Part shown: positions 45,148 to 55,434 of the stretch, one piece after another
Layout: each line of letters opens with the position of its first letter
Position numbering within the stretch: position 1 is the stretch's first letter
DNA from: Ionaspis alba
Taxonomy: Eukaryota
DNA length: 55,434 nt
Direction of reading: 5' to 3'
Assembly: GCA_964255285.1 (NCBI GenBank)
Contig: CAXUUL010000031.1
Span: 1-55,434, forward strand
The notes under the pieces: generated by a model
Seen by the model: only the letters and a program-made list of their open reading frames with translations
Told to the model about the DNA's origin: nothing
Database searches by the model: none
Made by a program: the position numbers and the translations under genes

Positions 45148-46393
45148 AAGAACATTTGTAAGAAGAAGTCTCGCTCCGTATTCATATTGGTTTCGAGCAC
45201 ATTTGATTTTCACTTGCCGTGAATCCCAAACATTCACGACGGCCTTCATTATACCTTGTTGGCCACCCGGATAACAGGCATTGGAGAAGATACCGGATAA
45301 TGCCCTTCATATTCTTGTATTGCGGAACCAAACCATGGAAACTTACTTTTACAAAGCCATTTAGGATATTCCTAGAGGTCTTGCGGCTGTCTCACCTAGT
45401 CAGATATCAAATTGAACGATAGATGCATTTTTCCTGTCGAGATTCCTGCCCCTTGAAGTGCGACAGCAATGGTCATGATGTAGGAGTATATAGTTGGGGG
45501 AGGGTGCCTGCAAGGAAAACCTTTCCTCATGAAAAGCCGACTACAAGTCGGATTCTCTGGCTACGCATTCGTCGGAGTTAGTTGCAGCATATAATCTGCC
45601 GTTGGAGGTATTTGTTTGGTATCATGAGGGAGGAGACTTTGGGCTGGGAGGAGAACGCCGATGGATGATTTAGCTGCGACCTCAAAAGCTTGTATCAGGG
45701 TCCGGGGGCTGGGCAAGCAGGCATAATTATCCCCCATAAGCCTCACAGTGATCATGTATCAATGGCAAAAGACGACGTCCTCTGATGGTACTTGAACATC
45801 GTGCAATGCATCACGAGAATGTCCTCACATTTGCTGGACCTTTACCCCGCCACCAATTCTAGAGTTGTGCTGAGGATACTGCGCCATCTTCTGATCTAGG
45901 CGCTGTCGTCAGCGTTGTTGGTCTATTGCAAGCTGGCATTTCGATGCTGGCAATTCAAATGCCGCCGACGGGAGGTCAATTAGAACCGCTCGAACCCCTC
46001 TTCATGCTTGCTTTTTGAAGCCACCAGTCTCTCGGCTGAATGGTGCGAGCCAGTAACAGTGATGCCACCAAGTCATTTTCTTCCTCGCCTGTGGCAGGCT
46101 GAGGTCAATAGAACGCAGAACTGTAGCCGAGGATCCCTGTTTCAAGATCTGAGCTCAATCTGTTGCGGTCATGTTATCTCTCCTCACTCTTCAGCCAGGC
46201 ATTGAACAACAGATGTTCGATTATGTTGGTTGGATTATAGCCCATGTCATTATATCTTCTGCATCCTCCCCCTGCTCTTCCATCTTCATTGATATTGATA
46301 CAAATCTGAGATATCTTCCTATTCGTCCATTGTTTTGCCTCATGCCTGCGTTGGAATGTTATCTCCATTTCTAGTGTGGCGACACGATTGACA

Positions 46394-48885
46394 ATGGACA
46401 AAAGACGATTCCGAGGATTTAGCTTCACCCGCCGAGCAGCCAGAGCTCGTCGTGAGGAAGAAGAATTGCTACTACCCCCTGACGAGGAACATGCAGCGGC
46501 CTCTCCTCACGTGACGGATAATGGACAATGCCCACCGAACCCTCATGGCGATTTACCGGTTTATGCTACTATACACCGAATCCGTCGAGACGTCATCGCT
46601 AGTATAGATGATCCGTATACCTTTGAACAGCTTGCCGCGCCTAGAACAAATCTCTCGGTTGTACGACCTCTTGTTGACCATTTGTACGAGACGCCTGACG
46701 TATCCTTGATATACTGCCTTCTCGTCAACAGAATTCGATTTCTTCATGAGCAATCATACCATGCTCATAGACAAAGCGTCAACATATCTCGTGCAATGCT
46801 CTGCGAATTGGTGGCGTCCAAGATCTTACGTCGCTTCGACGAAGACAATCCCGGCCGTAAAGGCCTACTCTTACTAGCCAACATCCTCGTGGCAGGCTTC
46901 CAACCATTCCAGAATGCTCCAGATGAGATTGTTCAGGGGAACAGCCATGCTCTCCACTGGGCAGAGCAGAAGAATAATGGATTTGAGAGAAAGCTTACCG
47001 CATTAGAGCTCGCCATTATTTCGAAGAGCAAATGTGAGCATGGTAGGATCCGTGTGAGACGTCCAGCCACTGACGTGCAATAGTCTTTTTGAGTTCCTCT
47101 GCTTGCCAACGCGTGGTGGAAGCAATATACAAGGGACAAGGTATGTAAAAGCCATTGAAATCCTTTTTGTTTTCTTATACTAATGGTTCTTGTTTATCTA
47201 GTCGTCTACACACCCGGCTCTTTCCTCGATCTCCTACCCGATCCCTACAAGCATCGCCCAATATCGCTTTACGATCCAAGGAAAGCTCCTCTACTCAACC
47301 AATATCGATTGATCGTCCCTCGAACACGCAACCTGATAGAAGCTGGTCAATTCCTCGTGCTTTTGGTCTTATACATTCTTGTTATGACAAACCAGGACCC
47401 GACCGCATTCACGATTTCCGAGATACTTTTCTGTGTCTATGCAGCGGGATGGGGATTGGACCAACTTGCCTCTATGCTGGAGCATGGATGGACTGTCTAT
47501 ACACAGAATCTCTGGTCCTTCCTAGATGTTGTGTTCGCATTCGTGTTTGCGTTCTATCTCGTGCTTCGCCTTCATGGAGTGGTCACCAATGACATTGGGT
47601 CAAGTCAGCAGGCATTACGTATTCTAGCCATGGGAGCACCTGTCCTCGTCCCTCGGCTTGCGTTCGTTTTCTTTGGGTCGAACCTAATCTTCCTGTCTCT
47701 GCGGACAATGATGGCCAATTTCTCAGTTCTTACCATTATGGCTGTGTGGTGTTTCGGCGGCTTCCTCCTTGCAATGAAATGGCTTGGAAATGGTCAGCAT
47801 AACACTGTCACGATCTCTAAATGGATGTTGTGGGTGTGGTTTGGTCTTGACGGAACTGGCATTCAACGTTCTGTCGAGTTTCATTGGATATTAGGTCCAA
47901 CGCTTATGATCTTGTTCGCATTCTTAGGTAAGTCATCATAATTCCTCTCTACCTGAATTTTCTGAATACAATGCTCCTTGTACCAATACCGTGAGATACA
48001 TGAGTGGAAGTTGAACTAAATTTCTGGTCAGGTAACACACTCTTCCTGACCATATTGGTGGCTATGCTTTCGACCACCTTCTCAACCATCGCTGCGAATG
48101 CCAGCTCCGAAATTCAGTTCCGCCGTGCTGTCTTGACTTTCGAAGGAGTCAAAAGTGACGCCATCTTTGCCTATCAACCGCCGTTCAATATGTTAGCTCT
48201 TGTCATTATGCTCCCTCTCAAAAGTGTTCTTTCAGCTCGTTGGTTTCACAAAGTCAACGTTACCGCCGTCCGAATTATAAATGCGCCTCTCCTACTACTG
48301 ATAGCTCTATACGAACGTCGCTCGCTCTGGGCAGTCCCAAAGCACAGATACCACGGCACTAGAGGCCCTCTCGGACCAGCCAAAAAGCGGCGCCAGCGTT
48401 CTCTATTGGATCTCTCTGCCTTCTCTGTCCATGGTGATATCGAAGCCGTGTTCGAAGATGAGCCGCCACATTACATCCTGGGCGAACCCTCCCCAACCTT
48501 TGACTTCAGAAACACCCTCCTTGACTTTGCATTCCCAGGAGCAGGTAGCAAAAGCCGCCAAGGTTCAGCAGTGAGCCATCACCAGGTTTTCAAAAACTGG
48601 AAGCCACGCAAGGAGTCCGTAGACCCTTTCGCGCTCTTTGCCGATCATCTGCCGGATATGGTGCATGAGGCCAGCGGTAGTGACAGGGAGACTAAGAAAC
48701 GGCTCAGAGCCCTCGAAGCCTCGACGAAGCGCATCGAGGACCTTCTCAAGAGATTGTGCGAAGAGTCTGAGGGTAGCAGAACGGAGCATGGCTCCGAGAA
48801 TTCGAACACACCGAAGACGCCTACGTTTGTTCTTAATAATGGGGACACGATTGAAGAAGAGGATGAGGACAATATTAGCCCTTAG
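46394..48885 (+). CDS. YVC1/TRP-like non-selective cation channel; 4 exons (46394-47033, 47084-47141, 47202-47927, 48032-48885)
   Basis: RAMLCELVA, ALELAII, six or more transmembrane segments, GNTLFLTILVAMLS, VKSDAIFAYQPPFN and a C-terminal coiled coil. Confidence 0.85.
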
Positions 48886-49970
48886 AGGACAACTATCTTG
48901 TTTATGTGTTGTTGTACATTAAATGGAGAAAGCCAGCATCCCTCTCTATGGTCCGGCGCGGAGCCATGGACTATGATACCACGACGGACCGAAGCTGTTC
49001 CTACAGAAGTGACATAACATATACAAGGGCGGTCCGGCATGGAGCACCCAGTTCTGACTGCGTCTTGCTGCAGACCTCAACTCATATTGGTGGAGAGTGA
49101 TTTGTACCCATGGGAGACCTTGCAGCACGTGCCGACAATATATCCTGCTGCTGGTGGATCAAAATTAAGAAATTATGAGGCAGTCGGACTGGTCGATCTA
49201 CCCAGAGGTCATCCACCCGGATTCTATCTAATAACATTACCGCATCAGCATCTCGCTTGTAGCCTCAGACCGATCTGAGCGCTCATCTTCTATGCTCTGA
49301 GAATAGGGAAAGCTACTTTCAGTATCTGCACTGCCGGAGTGGCCTGTTCAAGGACGTCTTTGACAAGTCTGAGACCGTGTGGATTTTAGATCAGCTGACA
49401 GATGAGGATCGTTGAAACTTGTGCCATTAGGGAGCAACTGGATTTGGAGGGAATGTAAATTACCGAGAAGAACAAGAATGGGCGGCGACTTTCCGTCGAT
49501 TTGCCATAGGTTCCACGGTTGTCAGGTGGACTTCAAAGGGTGAAAGGGGCTTCTGGAACAAAACCAGCGGGATATGGGGCTCTACCTTCATTTCACCGAA
49601 CAAGGAGCGGCTTGAGTGGCAAAGTGCGTTCAGGTAAGATCATAGGCTCGAGATCTACGGGCTGGATCGACATAATATATTACAATTTCTGCTGTGTACA
49701 TGCCTAAACACAACCAAACGAATGAAAAGAATCGTGAAACCCTCCTCCAATGCACAGACTCCCTATCCAACAGAAACCACCACAGGACGTAAGATCCCTA
49801 TGCACCAAAACCCTGACACTTGAGAATACTTATCCAATTCTCTCTCCAAACCTATACATGATCATCCAAAACCAAGATTTCGTTCTTCCCCTCCATCCAC
49901 TTCATCATTATCCTCATCCCCTCAAATCCTCTCGAGTCCTTCCAGACACCACCCTCCCGCCTCATCACCC

Positions 49971-52121
49971 CTATCTTACAAATCTCGCACTCAAACTGGC
50001 AAAAGCATCCGGACTATGTCTCCCGCTCTCCATACTCTCCACACTAACATGTCTTCCCCTCGCCTCGCCTTGTCCCGATCCCGCATCTCCCGCCATCTCC
50101 GGTGACTTGGCCATCAGAAACGGATTCTTGCTCCCAGCGGCCAGAGAGGCGGGCATAGTGACGCTGCGCTGATTCTGGGCTATTGATGGGGCGTTGATAG
50201 CTCGGGAAGCATTCGCTGGAGGTGTGAGTTGAGGATTCGGAGAGGTGTCGGTGTTGTTAGGGTTTGAGGGATCGGAGGATTGTGGAAGTGGGGGTGGAGC
50301 TAGGTGGGGGTAGTTGTAAAGGGCTAGGATGCTGGATTTATCGATACGGCCAGTGCGTTGGGGAGTCAGGGGATATGGCTGCTGTTGTTCTTGGGTAAAG
50401 TAGGATTGAGAGGGGACGAATTGGGGGTGTGGTTGGGTGGAGGGCGAAAAGGACTGCGGATTGTTCTGTAGCGGTTGCTGATTCCAGACTTGCTGGATTT
50501 GCTGGGTTTGCTGGGGTTGGGGTTGAGGTTGAAGCTGATTTTGCTGCGGGAAGAACGAATTTGAGCTTTGTTGTGGGATAAGATATGGATTCGGTGCTGT
50601 GGCAGTCTGTTGTGGTGTAAAATACTGATTTGCCGATATGGGTGAAGACGATGATTGATTTGCATTCGCGAAGGGATTGTAGCTGGCGGTAGATTGTTGT
50701 GCATATGGATTCGTGGAAATGTATTGTTGCGGCATTTGTGGGACGGGTGTCATGGAGTACTGCTGTCTCGCTTGCTGCAACTGCTGCTGCTGGTTGGGAT
50801 AGCCTCCAGTAGCGTTAGGGAATAAAGGTTGTGTGACGTGCATGTTTTGGAACGCTTGCTCGAGAGGTGGTGGTTGCTGTAGTGGCGCAGACATGGGATT
50901 CATGTTTTCGAAAGGATTGTATGATTGTTGCTGGGACGATAGTGGTGGACTGGTAACAACACGATTGCGTACTTGTTGTGGCTCTTCAATCTGCGCAGGT
51001 CTTTGGAGCTGCCTTTGACCACTAGATGCATTAGAAGCTGCCTTCGACCGGTCGGTAGACAAATTTGGCGTCGAACGATTGACTTCCGGGAATGTGGCTG
51101 ATGCTGGTGTTCTTGGCTTCGATGCTGCTGTTGTTCCTTCTCCGAGTCTCACTAACGATTCAATAGCTCGCTCTAGATCACCGTTGAGGCCCTTCAGAAC
51201 GTTAGAGTTACGCTTGTCGTCTGGAAATCCCATTTCTTTCAAGGTCACCAATTTCCACTCCATGCCCTCCTCAGTCACTCCTATACTCGCGCCAAATACA
51301 CGTGATTGCTTGTTGACTCGGATAGGAGAAGGTAGTCGTGAAAGTTTTCGTGGAGGCTCCGGAGAAATGGGTGGAGGGTCCTGAGAGTGTCTAGACAGTG
51401 GCAAAGCCGATGACGCCGATCGAAGGCCGAATTTGAAGCGCCTTGACGGCTTCTCTAATTTCCCGTTTTTTGGTGGTGGTGGTGGGGGAGGATCATCGTC
51501 TGAGCCGCCTGTGAAGTGTGTAGTTGGCTGTCGGGAGGATACTCGGGGGGCATGACCCGAAAGTGTCCTTGAATCATACTTCTGACGTATGAATTTTTCC
51601 ATCGCTGAATCAACTTCGTCGACATCCAGGGGTATTGGTGGTTTTGAATTCTGAGGGTTGAAGGTACGGTTCGAAGCAACATTGCCGATCTTCTTCATAT
51701 TCTGCACCATCCATTAGCACCAGGAAATGGGCAGCGATTCGGATGAGTCGTACATCAACTTGGTCTGTCGTCCAGGTGTCCATACTCAAAGATTTGACCT
51801 TCGAGAGATGTGTGCCGAGTTTGCGATGCAGGGAGGCGCATCGCATGCACAGAAAGATTCCAAGCTGCAGTTCATCAATCTTATCAGCTATCTTCTTCCT
51901 TACCTGGCTATGAATTGGATTCCCATCGATGGTGACTTACGCTCCAGCTTGCCCATCCTGAGGTAGAGTTAGCGACTTAATGTCTCTGCTGGTTCTAAAG
52001 ACATACCTGGATTTCTAGCTTGACAGTCGGCGCACAGATCGTTCCCTGGCACTGTTCGTATCAAATCTTGCAAGGCCCTTTCATTCCGTGCTTGGTGACG
52101 CTTGCTCGATGTAGAAGTCAT
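49971..52121 (-). CDS. GTS1: ArfGAP-UBA protein (Gts1/Ucp3-like) with NPF motifs; exons 52121-52007, 51957-51941, 51866-51759, 51701-49971
   Basis: CADC..RNPGWASWS.GIFLCMRCASLHRKLGTH ArfGAP zinc finger, FIRQKY, UBA LKEMGF...GDLERAIESL, and a Gln-rich tail with NPF repeats. Confidence 0.88.
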
Positions 52122-52748
52122 TGCGCCAACAGTAACGATATTGGATTAGCACAGGCCAGTTACACAAATCCAAGGAGGTAACTCCGTTCTTATGGCAATT
52201 GGTGTGACTTTGCTGGAAACATCGAGGACGAGTGACTCCCAATATCTCAGAAGTTCATGTATTTGTTGGGCACTGGGAAGTGTCGAGTATAGGTGTGCCA
52301 ATTGACCGGATGGTTACATTACAGTGTCGAAAAATAGAACAAGCTTATGTGAGGTGAAAGGAGTCTATTTGCTTGATGGAATTGCAAGGTCCACCTGGCC
52401 GCTTGCCAAGCTTTCCGCTAGCTTCGGAGATTCATTCGGGTTTAGTGTTGAGTCGAGTGTGAAGGCTCGAGGCAGCCACCAATTATTGGCCAATCTTTGA
52501 TCGGGAATGCCTCTACTTCTTTGCATGCTCTGTTGGAGATAGGTCGGTGGGGTTTTGGGACTCTGAGCTACTACCACTTTTTATGATGTCCTCGGTGACT
52601 GCCAAATCGACAAAAAAGCATTTCAAAACGGTCTATCAATTTTTCGGTCCATCTATCAACCATTACATCCAAAAAGCAACCTCAAGCCCCGCAGAAAACA
52701 CCAAACACGGCATTGCCACGACGACCCGCTTGCTTTTCTCTGTCCGAC

Positions 52749-54102
52749 CTAGTACTTCAAAATGGCGGATGCGCCAGGCTCACTAGAGACGTATATAGCC
52801 TCGTGAATATCGGTAAACCCATTGAAGCGAGTAGCAGAGCACTTGGTATAGGCTCCCATCTCTTTGAAGTAGAGCCAATCCCCGATATCCAGCACCTCGC
52901 GGAAAGCGCAACTCTCGGTGATGCGGTCAATGCCATCGCAGGTAGGTCCCCAGATGGAGTACTCGGTCAAGTTTCGACTCGCAATACCAGCTTTGCTGCT
53001 CAAAATCTGAGGGACAGGATGCTGGTGGTCGAAAATGATGCTGGAGAAGTTTCCGTAGACGCCGTCATTCAGGTATATCATATAGGACTTGTCACCACTT
53101 GCCGGATCTTCGATATCACGCCGTGCGATGATGTTGCATGCCAGTGTGAATGCCGATGCAACATAATACCGTCCAGGTTCTCCGATGACACGAACGCTAG
53201 GGGGGAAATAGTCGTCTAAGGCCTCGCTCAACACGGCTGCCATTTCGTCGAAAGTGTCGCTAGAGAAGCCGCCTCCGACATCCAAAATCTTTAGGTTATA
53301 CCCAAGCTCTGTGGCCTGGTCGAACACTGTGCGGGAATCCTGCACAGCCTTGACGAATGACTCGGGGTCAGAGGCACCGGAGCCAACATGGAAGCTCACT
53401 CCAGTGACGTTAAGATCAAGATCCCGAGCTAACTGCAACAACTCCTTGGTGCAATCCAACGATGCGCCAAACTTCAAGCTCAATCGACAAAGGCTAGAAG
53501 AGTCGTCCGTGAGGATGCGAAGGAAGAGCTCCGCATCAGGAAATAGTGCTTTGATCTTATGCAGTTCGTCCGCGTTATCGAAAGTCATCTGCTTCACTCC
53601 TTGCTGTGCTGCGTGACGAATATAGGACTTGGTCTTGCATGGTTGTGCATAGATAATGCGAGTAGGATCGACGCCGGCTTTCAAGACGAGGTCGATCTCT
53701 ACTTTGGAGGCGCAGTCGAAGCCGGTTCCGAGGGCCGCAAGTAGACGAATGACTTCCGGGTCAGGATTACATTTGACGGCTGTCAGATATTAGTATTTTG
53801 GCAATCATGACCATTGCGAAGTGCTCACCATAGTGAGGCTTCACCCTCTTCAAATTCATCTTCCAACGAAGATGCTGTCTATAGACCTCTCCCAGGTCTA
53901 CCGCAAAGAAGGCATCTTCCTCGCCGGCCTCGCAGATTTCTGTATCGATAGTTGCGATACGATCCTTCAGTGTTTTCTTCACCAATTCTTCAGATGATGT
54001 AGACCCATAATGGCCATGATGATCGAGGTCCAATGATTCTCCGCTGAGAATAATTGATGCATTGTTTTCGATATATGTAGTTGCCGATGGTGCCATTCCC
54101 AT
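52749..54102 (-). CDS. SPE1: Ornithine decarboxylase; 2 coding exons
   Basis: PHYAVKCN (PLP lysine), FDCASK, SFHVGSG, LDVGGGF, GEPGRYY, WGPTCDGID and MGAYT. Confidence 0.96.
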
Positions 54103-54567
54103 ACAAGAAAACTGTATGGTATTGATTTGAATTTCGGGGTCTGAAGAGTCCTGTTAGGGTGGTCTGAAGCGATCAGCACCGAGACTGATCTGACGAGGCC
54201 TACTCGACTCTTCCTCGTGAAGAGGAAGAACCTCTAGGGACGTCCTATGCGGCAGCTGAGGTGACGATTCTAGCAGTGGGGTGTTTGGTAAGGTCTCGAG
54301 CAGGATAATCTTCGGAAAGTTATCGGTCTGCAGCAGGAGGTGGTAGATCGTTAAGAATGTCTCGTTGTGGGCGTGTGGACGGATCTTGAAGAGAGAACTG
54401 TTTCAAGGCTGCGGGAGCCGTTTTGAGGGTTGCACTGGAATAACCACAAAGATTTGTGGTGTGTAGGCGGCAGAAATCTATCACGACTCTGACGGTCAGG
54501 CATATCAGGTCAGCTTTCGTCCGAAATGGCAATTTATGCCTTGGGTGGCGAAAAGAAGTGGACTCAC
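54103..54567 (-). promoter_or_regulatory. Long ODC 5' leader with an intron (54567-54489) and candidate non-AUG uORFs
   Basis: GTGAGT...GCTGAC...CAG intron. No ATG in the about 385 nt between the acceptor and the ODC start. Confidence 0.6.
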
Positions 54568-55021
54568 TCTTTGAACTATTGATTAGAAGGCGAGATTGAT
54601 GGCATGAAAGGTTTGGTCTCTCTGCGTGTGTAGAGATTGTAGAGTTGAGATAGATGAAAATTGTGACGAGGGCGAGATATTGAAGTGCGCGAAATAAATT
54701 TCACCGCAAGTCCATGCCAAGCCATGACATGCGTTTCGATCTGTTTCGCCTCAATGCAGGAACCGGGGTCAACTCCCGATTCTACCCTAAGTCCCAAAGT
54801 TTAGGCGAGCTATTTACCGTTTGTGGTCATACAAATTGATCTGTAGAGGCAACTTAACCTCAAATGTCTATAATTATGCAGAGCAATTCCATATCGGAGC
54901 ACGGTATGCTATCTCTGAGATTCTGTTGCCCTCCTATATATTACCAGACTCGGACCTTTGAAAAGCCGACTCTCTCTCGAATCATGACCTCTATAGTCAT
55001 AATGATCTGTGTAGTTCTCCC

Positions 55022-55434
55022 TTATGACTGAATATTGGCCCCGCTCCCTCGTGGTCTAGGTCCTAATCCTTCCTCGTTTTTGATCTCTATTCTTTGCCGT
55101 TCCCCGTTCACAAAAGTAGGGATATTGTCCCTTCGATAAAAGCTGTAAATGTCGACATGCTCTAGCTCCTGTCCCTTTTGGTTGCGGACATCATCAGGCA
55201 GTGTAAGCGCAGCGTGCTCTACTGGTACGAGGCCGGCATCTGACATCAACTGAAAGAAGACGGCTTCACTAGAATGTCGAACTTTCATAGACACGATTAT
55301 GAGTGTTCCTGGAGACTGCAGAAGTATGCCATCTAATGTCTGTCCAAGTGCCGGTAGACTGTCTGAATTGTATGTGCAGTCGGACACAAGTACTAAGTCG
55401 TATTTCGTGTCCTTTATCTGGGGAGGAAGTTGAC
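55022..55434 (-). CDS. 3' end of a METTL21/Methyltransf_16-type protein methyltransferase (truncated by the window edge)
   Basis: YDLVLVSDCTYN motif followed by LPAL..TL and KVRH..E..FF. Confidence 0.8.
   Translation of the reverse strand, partial: QLPPQIKDTKYDLVLVSDCTYNSDSLPALGQTLDGILLQSPGTLIIVSMKVRHSSEAVFFQLMSDAGLVPVEHAALTLPDDVRNQKGQELEHVDIYSFYRRDNIPTFVNGERQRIEIKNEEGLGPRPRGSGANIQS

Noticed and set aside
27304..53744. Many long antisense or overlapping ORFs in the ORF track (e.g. 27308-27997, 35356-35865, 40272-40826, 52713-53219)
   Set aside because: Shadow frames of well-supported genes on the opposite strand, with no independent motifs.
1..55434. CRISPR arrays, rRNA genes, or prokaryotic operon and defence systems
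   Set aside because: The sequence is intron-containing fungal DNA, and no repeat-spacer array or rRNA-like sequence was seen.

Overview
Eukaryotic genomic DNA from a filamentous ascomycete: short GT-AG introns with CTRAY branch sites and Pezizomycotina-type housekeeping proteins, probably Eurotiomycetes. The species cannot be fixed from sequence alone. A housekeeping backbone runs through the window: NXT1-like, mitochondrial MetRS, serine dehydratase, RAM2, ERG12, STE24, RPA14-like, bL34m, ZW10, CYM1, taxilin, nitronate monooxygenase, a YVC1-like channel, an ArfGAP-UBA protein, ODC and a partial METTL21-like gene. Two accessory stretches interrupt it. The first (11.3-23.6 kb) holds an MFS transporter, a PTH11-like membrane protein, an NRPS-like A-T protein with no reductase domain divergent from an M20 amidohydrolase, and an 808-aa protein with a HicA-like C-terminus. 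The second (41.0-46.4 kb) holds two related LTR-like elements with 5-bp target-site duplications, a Ty3/Gypsy relic, a small R-S-E ADP-ribosyltransferase-like gene and a decayed C2H2 gene. The most striking signal lies in this second stretch: a tRNA-Tyr(GTA) gene at 43794-43940 whose D-loop is split by a 60-nt spliceosomal-type intron (GTCAGT...ACTAAT...CAG), in addition to a normal 37/38 tRNA intron. Also noted are repeated sharp C-rich to G-rich strand-skew flips, an AUG-free ODC leader with candidate non-AUG uORFs, and a 100-N gap flanked by an exact duplication. Family assignments come from motif recognition, not database searches, and exon boundaries were read by eye.
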